A program made the translations under genes and the position numbers. A DNA stretch of 30,559 bases, taken from a virus. Lineage: Duplodnaviria; Caudoviricetes. Under the pieces are notes generated by a model. That model had not been told where the DNA came from, made no database searches, and saw nothing but the letters and a program-made list of their open reading frames with translations. Below, one piece after another: positions 1 to 8,222 of the stretch; positions within the stretch are counted from its first letter, which is position 1; each line of letters starts with the position of its first letter. The stretch is from IMG/VR virus record IMGVR_UViG_3300031759_000908, positions 1 to 30,559 of that record; one strand, 5' to 3'.

Positions 1-71
1 TCTGTAGGATCTTCTATTAGCCTGCTTAGTGCTTTAGATTCTTTATTAGTTTGTGGTGCCCAGAAACTCAT
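1..71 (-). CDS. 5' part of a hypothetical protein running off the left edge (MSFWAPQTNKESKALSRLIEDPT...)
   Basis: ATG at 71-69 with AAGGAG Shine-Dalgarno upstream and a sigma70 promoter at 97-125; frame open to the window edge. Confidence 0.7.
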   Translation of the reverse strand, partial: MSFWAPQTNKESKALSRLIEDPT

Positions 72-96
72 AATTGCTCCTTAATTGTTAAACGCT

Positions 97-125
97 AGTA
101 TACAGTCATTTTACCAAAATGTCAA
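97..125 (-). promoter_or_regulatory. sigma70-type (early) promoter
   Basis: Minus strand TTGACA-17 nt-TATACT; the palindrome CATTTT-ACC-AAAATG lies in the spacer and overlaps the -35. Confidence 0.8.
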
Positions 126-130
126 CCAAA

Positions 131-137
131 ATAAATA
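131..137 (+). promoter_or_regulatory. T4-like late promoter core (ATAAATA)
   Basis: Matches the TAAATA motif recurring in intergenic regions of this window; 22 nt upstream of the ATG at 160. Confidence 0.55.
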
Positions 138-159
138 GTATTTTACACTGGATTTTTCA

Positions 160-963
160 ATGAACACCGTTGCTCCGCAGGCCATTTTTGATGGTGCTAT
201 ACAGACGTTACCTTTGACTCAAGCAAGCCTAGATCTACTAGATTATGTCAATCAAATAGTCAAACAAAATTTTGGTTGTGATATCAGCGAGGTTAGATTA
301 GATACTAGTGAGCAAGTACCCAACTTTGTTCGCTGTGCTAGTGCAACTAAAACAGCATTCACTGATGGGGCCAGCACCCGTCCTTTATTAAAGAAACTAA
401 TACAAGCTCGCTACAGTCCAGAACTACTAGCAGGCATGCTGGTAGATCCGCCCAGATTGCGCATTATTCCAAACAGTGCAATCTTAAACTCAGGAATAAG
501 TTATAACTATCGCACACATCGTGACACTTGGTATGGTGGCGTACAACAACAGATCAATCATTGGATGGCTGTGGCCAATGTCACTGCTAATTCAACTATG
601 TATATGGCACCAGCTTACTACAATTTGCCTGTGGATAATAACAGTGAAATTTTTGACCTAGACACTTGGGATCAAAAATATCGCAAACAGGCTGTTAATA
701 ATGTTAAAGTTGAAGCTCGCCCACATCCAGGTGCAGTGATCGTACTAGCTGATGCAGAACGAGAACCAGTGGTATTGGCCAACGGTAATGAAATAGCTTT
801 TTCTGGGCATCACCTACACGGTAGTGCAACCAACACCACTGACCTTGTGCGTTTTAGTCTTGACTATCGTGTGGTGTTGGCAGTAGGCGATTGGCAATAT
901 CCTAAAAACATTGATAATCGCGCCACAGGTGATCTACGTAACTACATGTACTTACTTGAGTAG
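160..963 (+). CDS. 2OG-Fe(II) dioxygenase-like protein (PhyH-like DSBH fold)
   Basis: HxD (HRDTWY), distal His (HHLHGS) and downstream RFSLDYR, the typical facial-triad plus Arg arrangement. Confidence 0.6.
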   Translation: MNTVAPQAIFDGAIQTLPLTQASLDLLDYVNQIVKQNFGCDISEVRLDTSEQVPNFVRCASATKTAFTDGASTRPLLKKLIQARYSPELLAGMLVDPPRLRIIPNSAILNSGISYNYRTHRDTWYGGVQQQINHWMAVANVTANSTMYMAPAYYNLPVDNNSEIFDLDTWDQKYRKQAVNNVKVEARPHPGAVIVLADAEREPVVLANGNEIAFSGHHLHGSATNTTDLVRFSLDYRVVLAVGDWQYPKNIDNRATGDLRNYMYLLE

Positions 964-2043
964 TTGTTTTTCAAACCACTCTGCAGGGTGATGATTTTCG
1001 TGTGTGAATGTATATCCAAAACAGCCCATTGGTACACGTGTGCTGGCTATCAGCGCACTGTTGCGTGCTTGATGTAGTTGCCCTACGTTTTGATCTAGAT
1101 TAACATCCAACTCTGAAATATAAGGTTTCCAAAACAGAGGAATATCTTCTACGCACCAACGATGTTCTACACCGTTAGGGTTAGCATTATATAACCATTC
1201 AGCCGCGGCATACAAGTTTTGCCAACCTTCTCGACGATCAGCATAGCCCACACGTACTTTTAAATCCCGCTCAAAGAATCCATGTGGAACATATAGTGGT
1301 GTGCTGATATTAGCCAAAGTCTGTTCCATGTTTTGATTAACATGACTGTAGCCTTCATAGTGTCGTACCATTTCACGAGTTGGCACATAAATGTTACTAG
1401 GACATTTATAGTTAAATACCCAACCCATATAGTCTGGTTTGAATACCAATTGGTCACCGTGATCAATTTCCCAATACTTGGTAAACCTACCAGCTTTGAG
1501 TATCATAATACCATCAAAGTTTTCCCATTGATAGCGAATAAGATTACCGTCTGCTGTTAGTTCACCATTGAAGTGGCGACTCATACGCATCTGTTCTGGC
1601 CAGTGACTGTAGATCAACATAGCATCAGGATCAGGATCAGCATTAAGGTTATCAATGGCCGCTTTGAACATGTTAAGATTGTAGTCTATGAATATGTGAT
1701 CATCGTTAGCAGCCATCCAAACTAGTTCGTTGGGATCTGTTAATATTTCTTCACAGGTCTTGCGCCAATGACGAGTAAAGTCATTACGAGCCCATACTAT
1801 ATGAAGTTTATTTTCAGGGAACAAACTCTGCATATATTCTTCTAAATCTGCTTGTTGATGCTGGTATTCTGGCGCTAATGTGATATAAAAGTGAAATTTA
1901 TCTACCAGAGGTTCTAATACCGCTGTACTGGCCAAGCAGTATTTAAATACATCCATGCGTTGTGGATTAGGCATCCAGCCGCCGCGTGTATAAGGATATC
2001 CCATACGGACATCAGTGATCTTTACGTTGAATAAGACTTTCAT
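952..2043 (-). CDS. hypothetical protein, possibly GT-A fold glycosyltransferase
   Basis: 363-aa ORF, last gene of a coupled sugar operon; DxD-like WMAANDDHIFIDY after a hydrophobic strand. Confidence 0.5.
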   Translation of the reverse strand: MKVLFNVKITDVRMGYPYTRGGWMPNPQRMDVFKYCLASTAVLEPLVDKFHFYITLAPEYQHQQADLEEYMQSLFPENKLHIVWARNDFTRHWRKTCEEILTDPNELVWMAANDDHIFIDYNLNMFKAAIDNLNADPDPDAMLIYSHWPEQMRMSRHFNGELTADGNLIRYQWENFDGIMILKAGRFTKYWEIDHGDQLVFKPDYMGWVFNYKCPSNIYVPTREMVRHYEGYSHVNQNMEQTLANISTPLYVPHGFFERDLKVRVGYADRREGWQNLYAAAEWLYNANPNGVEHRWCVEDIPLFWKPYISELDVNLDQNVGQLHQARNSALIASTRVPMGCFGYTFTHENHHPAEWFEKQLLK

Positions 2044-3023
2044 TATAGGTTCGTTGTGTAAGTGTCAAAAATTTGATATAAGGCTTGATTGATCTCTGAA
2101 GTCCAATCAGCGTGTTGGCTAAGTTGATTGATAATGGCCTGATACTCAGCACTGGCAAAACAGTAGTGTCCTGCTACAATGACCTTTTGATCTGCGCTGA
2201 CACTGTCTGTCCATTTCTTCCAACGACCACTATTTAATACCAACTCAGCAAATGCCGTCCATTCATACACACCTATACGGCTTAGGCAAAGTTCTTTTAA
2301 TAGTTTAGTCTGTACTACCCCTAGCTGTGGTGCAATGTTCATTGCGTGTACACCTGCCGCACGACGTAGTTTGATTTCTTCTGCTGACAAATAATCAGCA
2401 TTGTGTTCTTTGAGTTTAACTCCATTTTCATTGGCCACACGTACTAGGTCTCTGACTGTGTCAATTTCAAATGTGCCAGCTTGATGATCTTCATGACATA
2501 GGCTGCCTGTTTGTGCTACTACAAATTCAATATTAGGAATGTTTTTAGCAAAGGCCACATCAGCTTTGTATTTGATAGCACCTGCGGCTACACCTACGTT
2601 TTCTTCTGTGCCAAACTCAAAACGTATGTTAGGATTTAGATCTAAACAGAATTTAAATAGTTCTTCAGCAACACCATAGGTATCTTCTACACGACTAGTG
2701 TCAATGTGTATTAGGTCAAAGCCCTGTTCAATGTCATAGGCTATGGTTTTCTTGGTCGCTTCTACTGCTTTCTTTAGACTAAGACCTTTTTCACTATCTA
2801 AAAAATATGGACCGCAATGGTCACGGCACATCCAAACATTTTCAGTTGGCAAGGTGCTTAGTAGTTGACGCAGTTCAGGTGTGGTCATTACATAGCCACT
2901 GTCTGCATCTACTTGATTACGACTTGCAATAATCATTAAAGGTCTATTTGTATCATGTGTGTAATTACAAATAGCTGTAATTACCTCACGGCTCATTGGC
3001 CCAAATCCTAGTCTAAAATCCAT
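2043..3023 (-). CDS. GatZ/KbaZ-like (tagatose-bisphosphate aldolase subunit / sugar-phosphate epimerase) TIM-barrel protein
   Basis: ASRNQVD..GY, RDHCGP, GFDLIHID, FEFGTEE and EHNADYL motifs resemble the GatZ/KbaZ family; start moved to the ATG at 3023 (MDFRLGFGPMS), overlapping the upstream stop. Confidence 0.65.
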   Translation of the reverse strand: MDFRLGFGPMSREVITAICNYTHDTNRPLMIIASRNQVDADSGYVMTTPELRQLLSTLPTENVWMCRDHCGPYFLDSEKGLSLKKAVEATKKTIAYDIEQGFDLIHIDTSRVEDTYGVAEELFKFCLDLNPNIRFEFGTEENVGVAAGAIKYKADVAFAKNIPNIEFVVAQTGSLCHEDHQAGTFEIDTVRDLVRVANENGVKLKEHNADYLSAEEIKLRRAAGVHAMNIAPQLGVVQTKLLKELCLSRIGVYEWTAFAELVLNSGRWKKWTDSVSADQKVIVAGHYCFASAEYQAIINQLSQHADWTSEINQALYQIFDTYTTNL

Positions 3024-3483
3024 GTTCAATCCCCATCCTATCCATAATAATAATGCAAGCATCCATAACAGCACCTTTGCCACCTTCACGACGTGTTACA
3101 TACGTGGCAGCATTGATAGCAGTTCTCCAGGCCTGTGCTGGAGCAAAACTTAATCCTACATGTGGCATGATCTTAGCATCATACGGACCGTCGCCCATGA
3201 ATATAGTTTCCTTTGGATCACCTTTCTTTAACACAAAATCCAAGCGATCCTTTTCTTTAACCATGGTCAATGGAAACTTCATATGTTCAACTATACGATT
3301 ATATGTAATACCAAATCCATTTTCATCAGCACTAACAAACTCAATGTCTAAGTGACTACGCAATAACTTTAGGCCATCGTGATCATAGTTACCAAAGGCC
3401 TTAAAGGGTTTACCAGTTGGTCCCCAGTAGAGCATACCATCATTTAGTACGCCGTCTACATCTAGAATAAATCTTTTATACAT
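3013..3483 (-). CDS. KdsC/YrbI-like HAD phosphatase
   Basis: ILDVDGVLNDG motif I, K.F...D..G segment, FMGDGPYD motif IV, GGKGAV C-terminal signature. Confidence 0.85.
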   Translation of the reverse strand: MYKRFILDVDGVLNDGMLYWGPTGKPFKAFGNYDHDGLKLLRSHLDIEFVSADENGFGITYNRIVEHMKFPLTMVKEKDRLDFVLKKGDPKETIFMGDGPYDAKIMPHVGLSFAPAQAWRTAINAATYVTRREGGKGAVMDACIIIMDRMGIEHGF

Positions 3484-5045
3484 TATAATACCTTGCTAAA
3501 GTGTAACTGTGCTAGTGCTACTAGGAACTTGTCAAACGGTGCTTCATGCAGTGGACTCATGTTCAAGTAGATAATTGGCACAAGTAGTTTAACTTTGCGC
3601 CATTCAAGTCCATTAGCATTGACCCAAGATTCTAAAATGCTTTCATATAGTTTAACATCATTGACACTGGGTACGTCAAGTGTTGCATAGTCATTTAATT
3701 CACTATACCCGTACTTCTCATGTTTAATGTCTTTGTAGCTTAAGTGAAGTCCGCCTAACATCTTAGCCAAATCATAATACTGGTCACCGTATAGTTCGCC
3801 ACCAAAGTCAGTGCGCCAATCAATGGCAGTAAAGCGTCCGCTAACTGGATCATAAATGGTATTATCAAAGTGTAGGTCACCGTGTACAAACTTCCATACA
3901 GTTTCTGTAGATAGATATGCCCAATCAATCTTGCTCAAGTAAGTGTCAATAGTATCTACTTCAACACCGTTGACCACGCATGGTTCTGACCAAGTTGGAT
4001 ATTTGGCACGGAACATTTCAACCCGTTCCATGGTCTTGTCATAGTAGAACTTATTACAAATGTTAAGCTGGTTTATATCAGCACCGGCATTTAGGTCACC
4101 GCTGGTATCTACTGCGTTGATCCATAGGTTTGTCTTACACCATGCCAACATGTTTTCGTAGAGTGCAGGTGTATATTGATTGTAGACAATGTCGCCATCA
4201 GCAAAATCATGTATTAAAAAGTTGCCGCTCTTACGCACACGATTTGGCATACAGCCCGGGTTGGCCTGAGCACGCTTAACTCTTAGGTCAGCATGTTTAG
4301 GATTGGTCCAGAATTTAATGATCTGACGGTTGTCGTTATAGAACAATTCGTCTGGCTTAGGGAAACTTACATCAAACAGCTCACTTGATAGTTCTTCCCA
4401 CTTTTCATAAGTACCAAAGTCTTTCCACCCACGTACTGTGTGTGCCTTAAGATCTAAGCCCGCAAAACCTTCTGGAGTTTCTTTAGCACCACGACTAATT
4501 AGGTTATCTAAATACTCGTCATCTACAGCATACATTAGGCCAATGAAAGCATCAACAGCCGTTTTACTAGCCACTTTGTTCTGTACTTCTGTAATAGTTT
4601 CGCCATCACGTTCAATCCAACAGTAGTCTTGACTGATGTTTGAATCTACAGGATGTACTCCAATCCAGTTGTGATCTAGTTTGTCTTTGTAGTCAAAGTC
4701 AAATAGTGTATCACAGGCCAACCACATAAATCCACCACGGATATGTTCTTGACACATTTGAATTGTAGTAGCAGGACCTGTATCACCTTCTGCATAGTTG
4801 TCAATGTCAACAAACACTACGTTCTTGTCCTTGTGTACTTCGCTAACATAATCTTTGGTTAGCTGTCCCATGTGTCCGCAGGCAATAACAAATTTAGTGT
4901 CACTATCAAACTTACTCATGATGTGACTGATCAAAGGTTTATTATCATATGGCACTAGTGCTTTAGGAACCATACGACTAAACTGTCCCATACGGCGACC
5001 GTAGCCTGCCGCTAGAATTAATACTGTTAATGGTTTATTAGACAT
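3483..5045 (-). CDS. fusion of N-terminal sugar-phosphate nucleotidyltransferase and C-terminal APH/choline-kinase-like phosphotransferase
   Basis: ILAAGYGRRM...PKAL and DFGT (NTP transferase); HGDLHFDN, IDWR and YDLAK (APH/ChoK kinase). Start placed at MSNKPL (5045), overlapping the cupin stop. Confidence 0.8.
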   Translation of the reverse strand: MSNKPLTVLILAAGYGRRMGQFSRMVPKALVPYDNKPLISHIMSKFDSDTKFVIACGHMGQLTKDYVSEVHKDKNVVFVDIDNYAEGDTGPATTIQMCQEHIRGGFMWLACDTLFDFDYKDKLDHNWIGVHPVDSNISQDYCWIERDGETITEVQNKVASKTAVDAFIGLMYAVDDEYLDNLISRGAKETPEGFAGLDLKAHTVRGWKDFGTYEKWEELSSELFDVSFPKPDELFYNDNRQIIKFWTNPKHADLRVKRAQANPGCMPNRVRKSGNFLIHDFADGDIVYNQYTPALYENMLAWCKTNLWINAVDTSGDLNAGADINQLNICNKFYYDKTMERVEMFRAKYPTWSEPCVVNGVEVDTIDTYLSKIDWAYLSTETVWKFVHGDLHFDNTIYDPVSGRFTAIDWRTDFGGELYGDQYYDLAKMLGGLHLSYKDIKHEKYGYSELNDYATLDVPSVNDVKLYESILESWVNANGLEWRKVKLLVPIIYLNMSPLHEAPFDKFLVALAQLHFSKVL

Positions 5046-5508
5046 GCTCTGAATCAATCCTTCCGTGTCCTCTGTTAGCTGAATCTTCTAAGCGGATAAC
5101 GTCATCTAATTGTGTAGTGCTGGCTTCTGTGTAGTGTAGATCATCGTAGGCAATCATGCGATGAATAGTACAAGGCGGAGTATGAAATACTGCACCTGGG
5201 TCCAATGGTTGTACTATCAGTTCACTTTTAATCTGTGCAATTTCTTCAGGTGTGTAACCACCAGCTAGATATCGTTCACAGTCAAAAGGTCTAGGATGAT
5301 ATGCTAAGGCGCCTTTGCCAATGTGTAGGTGAATTGATTCTGATTTGAATTGGTGTACTTGTAAGCTAGTAACAAAACCAGCTTTGAGGATTAGTTCTTT
5401 TAGTGCAAATGGGTAAACATCGCTACCCCCTTGAAGCCAGGTTTCAGTGCCCCAAGGTTTATGAACAACATGACATTGTTCAAGTGTTTGAAAATCTACA
5501 GTCATCAT
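5038..5508 (-). CDS. cupin-fold protein (mannose-6-phosphate isomerase type II-like)
   Basis: VHKPWG, SLQVHQFKSE, HTPPCTIHRM, EAST..LDDVIRLED motifs. Confidence 0.8.
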   Translation of the reverse strand: MMTVDFQTLEQCHVVHKPWGTETWLQGGSDVYPFALKELILKAGFVTSLQVHQFKSESIHLHIGKGALAYHPRPFDCERYLAGGYTPEEIAQIKSELIVQPLDPGAVFHTPPCTIHRMIAYDDLHYTEASTTQLDDVIRLEDSANRGHGRIDSEHV

Positions 5509-5528
5509 TGACCCCTAGTTGATAATAC

Positions 5529-5557
5529 ATTCTACAGTATTTATCGACCAAGGTCAA
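5529..5557 (-). promoter_or_regulatory. overlapping sigma70 promoter and late TAAATA core driving the cupin-kinase-HAD-GatZ operon
   Basis: TTGACC-17 nt-TAGAAT with TAAATA (5538-5543) inside the spacer. Confidence 0.65.
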
Positions 5558-5575
5558 CAGTATTTTTAAATTAGA

Positions 5576-5716
5576 TTAATCACAATCGCTGTATGCTTGG
5601 ACTAATCTAGCCAAACATTCTCGATCGCCTGGAGGGCATACATTTGGAATTTCTGGAACTGTTTGTTCTTGTAACGGTTGTAACGGCAGTGTATCTGGTG
5701 TTGTAGTGTTTGACAT
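5576..5716 (-). CDS. 46-aa small protein MSNTTTPDTLPLQPLQEQTVPEIPNVCPPGDRECLARLVQAYSDCD (not in the ORF track)
   Basis: AAGGA SD before the ATG, TAAATA core at 5762-5767, fills an otherwise empty gap. Confidence 0.7.
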   Translation of the reverse strand: MSNTTTPDTLPLQPLQEQTVPEIPNVCPPGDRECLARLVQAYSDCD

Positions 5717-5733
5717 GGTATGTCCTTTAAATT

Positions 5734-5767
5734 AGCAACGGCACTTTTGGCACCGTTGCTGTATTTA
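5734..5767 (-). promoter_or_regulatory. late promoter core followed by an 11-bp hairpin
   Basis: TAAATA (5762-5767) then AGCAACGGTGC-CAAAA-GTGCCGTTGCT (two G-U pairs). Confidence 0.6.
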
Positions 5768-5786
5768 TTAAAACACTTAGTATACA

Positions 5787-6323
5787 CTACTTTTGAGCAG
5801 TTGTCAATTGTTTTTTTGGAGCAGGATCGCTACTGTAAAAGACGTGACTACCTATACGTGCAATACGCATTAATCCCCAATTTGGGTGCGTTTGTGTATT
5901 GTGAAAGTACAGTGCTTCAGCCATGACTTCATTGTCTAAGCGTAGACCTTGATACATAACTTCTTCTGCCACTGCTAGACTAGCCTGCCAGCGGTCGCTG
6001 ACAAACTTAACTGGTGCAGGTGGGTTGCATACCCACGAAAATTGACATACAGTTTTAACCGTAGGTTTATTTTCTTTGACCACTGCTACTTGAGTTTTTT
6101 GATTAACTACTCCGCAGACAGTTTTAGGAAACTTTTCGTCTTCAGCACGATTAAGAGTAACCTGCGCTACTGCTATCATACCTTCACGGGTTTCTAGGCC
6201 TGCTTCGTAATAGATATTTTTAGCCAAACATAATAGTTGACTGTCTTGTTTAGGTGTTGCCAGTGCAGTACTGCACTGTAGAACTGCCAAGGACATTATT
6301 GCCCAGGTAACTAGTATTCGCAT
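5787..6323 (-). CDS. SleB/Hydrolase_2 family cell wall hydrolase with N-terminal signal peptide
   Basis: CLAKNIYYEA, AVAQVTLNR, FPKTVCGVV, CQFSW, ALYFH, IGSHVFY; AGGAGG SD. Confidence 0.9.
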   Translation of the reverse strand: MRILVTWAIMSLAVLQCSTALATPKQDSQLLCLAKNIYYEAGLETREGMIAVAQVTLNRAEDEKFPKTVCGVVNQKTQVAVVKENKPTVKTVCQFSWVCNPPAPVKFVSDRWQASLAVAEEVMYQGLRLDNEVMAEALYFHNTQTHPNWGLMRIARIGSHVFYSSDPAPKKQLTTAQK

Positions 6324-6359
6324 ACTTTTCCTCCTGTTAGTGTTGTCTTGCTGGTTGAA

Positions 6360-6560
6360 CTAGTTTGGTGCCAGACCTGTTGCTTGATTACGGTCTATAT
6401 AAAATTGACAGGGCTTTGGTAATTCTCTAACCATTACTAAATCATAATCGTTAAAGTCTGCGTTATTCACTGACATGCTACTGGTGTGTCTATGGCACGT
6501 ATCGCGTTTATCGCAAGCTCGCCCCGCACAGTAATACTTCTCCTGTGTAGTTTGTGTCAT
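6360..6560 (-). CDS. hypothetical Cys-rich small protein
   Basis: 66 aa, GGAGG SD, C-x4-C-x4-C-x-R-H ... C pattern. Confidence 0.7.
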   Translation of the reverse strand: MTQTTQEKYYCAGRACDKRDTCHRHTSSMSVNNADFNDYDLVMVRELPKPCQFYIDRNQATGLAPN

Positions 6561-6643
6561 TCATGAATCCTCCGAATGTTTAATATATAGTACTAGTGGA
6601 TCCGCCTTTTACTACATACTTTATTAATTTGTTTATGGGATAA

Positions 6644-7477
6644 CTACTCTATTCCTAAAATGTTAGGGTGTTGTTGAAGGAACTTGTGTCTGTAGAAGTT
6701 CCAAATGTCGTATAATTCGTCACTATTGTGGCGATTTATCAGCACTTTTAGGTCTGAAAGTGCCATAATTTCGTCAATAATTTGGCCATATTTAATTGAT
6801 ACAGTATCAGGTGTATGTTTGTATCCTATGCTGTCAATATGCTCTAATTCAAGGTAAGTTGGAATCAATCGCTCAATTAAGAATGTAAAGTTTGGTAATG
6901 ACTTATCGTGTGCATAGTTGCTTAGGCCAGCACCAAATACCTGATGTTTGAATTCTGGATCTGCATCTGCTTCAGTGAACAGCTTACGAGTAAACTCCAT
7001 GAACTTAATCCAAAAACTACGACTACCAACTATGTAGTTGGCAAACACAGTTGAGTTACGATCTAGTAGCATACCTTTGACTTCGACATCATCATAGCCA
7101 ACTTTCTTTAAAAACGTGTCGCCAATTGTTGAAATGTTTGGGTGATGGAAATCACCTTGTTCCCAACTGTTGGCAAACACTGCTTCATTTAGAATACAGG
7201 GATTAAACAGATAAACTTCATGTCCAGGATTAGCTGTGATAAAATCCAATGCCTGCTGTCCAGAAAGGTTAGTCTTTTCTTTAAACTTCCAACTGACGTA
7301 ACCCCAATAGTCTAGATCCTGTGCTAGAATATTGTCGTGTTCACGATCCCATACGTCCCACTCACGTAGTTCTGGGCGTGGATTGGCTGTGTTGTCTAAA
7401 GGTTCAAATGCAGGATCGCAGTGTACTTTTAATTCTGGCTTAAAGTAAATTTGAAAGATTTTTGTGTTTGTTGACAT
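6644..7477 (-). CDS. glycan-locus protein, probable glycosyltransferase-like
   Basis: KIFQIYF, PLDNT, YWGYVSWKF, ANY and FLIERL motifs resemble GT-associated proteins; coupled to GT2 genes. Confidence 0.5.
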   Translation of the reverse strand: MSTNTKIFQIYFKPELKVHCDPAFEPLDNTANPRPELREWDVWDREHDNILAQDLDYWGYVSWKFKEKTNLSGQQALDFITANPGHEVYLFNPCILNEAVFANSWEQGDFHHPNISTIGDTFLKKVGYDDVEVKGMLLDRNSTVFANYIVGSRSFWIKFMEFTRKLFTEADADPEFKHQVFGAGLSNYAHDKSLPNFTFLIERLIPTYLELEHIDSIGYKHTPDTVSIKYGQIIDEIMALSDLKVLINRHNSDELYDIWNFYRHKFLQQHPNILGIE

Positions 7478-8222
7478 AATACTCTATATCCTTGGTTAAG
7501 TCTCTAGCTCTAGGAATAAATTCATTCTCTAGTCTATAGGTCAGTGTTTCTCGATTGGTTATATGATGGAACCCGCGATTCTGTATACGATCACTCCACG
7601 GTATCTGTGTTTGAATCTGTAGCTTACGTGCTAGCTGTCCCTCATCAAACGGGCACCAACCATAGTAAAATACTACCAAATCTTCTGTGTTGTGGTAGTT
7701 GTAGTGTCTACCTGGTGCCATACATTCTTGTGTAGAATTCAATGGATACTGTACAGGTACGTTGTGTATACTGCGACTGCGACGTTCTAGAAAATCTCGT
7801 TGACTGTCTTTAAAACTAAATCCCCAATGCTTTTGTTCATACAATGGCCTATCATAGGTCACAGTCTGTTCTCTGTTGGTGTCAACAAAAAAGATTGTAG
7901 GCAATAGTAACTGTTTAGGGGTATCATCTAAGATTGAATAGTCACCAATTATCATCTCTGGCATACACAAACAGATCTTCCAGCCGTCTATTTGTCGTTC
8001 AATGTCATTGACTTCTGCATCGCAGTTGTCTGCTTGAAAGTCTGGGTTACGGCTGGTAATAATATCCCAAGTTGGACATAACTCTTTGATGATTTCCACT
8101 GAGCGATCCGTACTGTGATAGTCAATCATAACACCATGATCAAAAATCTCACGATGGTGTTTTAACCACCACGGCATCAGATATTCTTCATTGTAAAAAT
8201 GGCAAAGTATGGTCTTTTTCAT
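7440..8222 (-). CDS. glycosyltransferase family 2-like (paralog A)
   Basis: HFYNEEYLMPWWLKHH..IFDHGVMIDYHSTDRSVEII is a GT2 N-terminal signature. Confidence 0.8.
   Translation of the reverse strand: MKKTILCHFYNEEYLMPWWLKHHREIFDHGVMIDYHSTDRSVEIIKELCPTWDIITSRNPDFQADNCDAEVNDIERQIDGWKICLCMPEMIIGDYSILDDTPKQLLLPTIFFVDTNREQTVTYDRPLYEQKHWGFSFKDSQRDFLERRSRSIHNVPVQYPLNSTQECMAPGRHYNYHNTEDLVVFYYGWCPFDEGQLARKLQIQTQIPWSDRIQNRGFHHITNRETLTYRLENEFIPRARDLTKDIEYYVNKHKNLSNLL

Noticed and set aside
5602-5926. Track ORFs 5602..5787 (-) and 5720..5926 (+)
   Set aside because: No convincing SD; they overlap the better-supported 46-aa ORF, the hairpin and the hydrolase gene.
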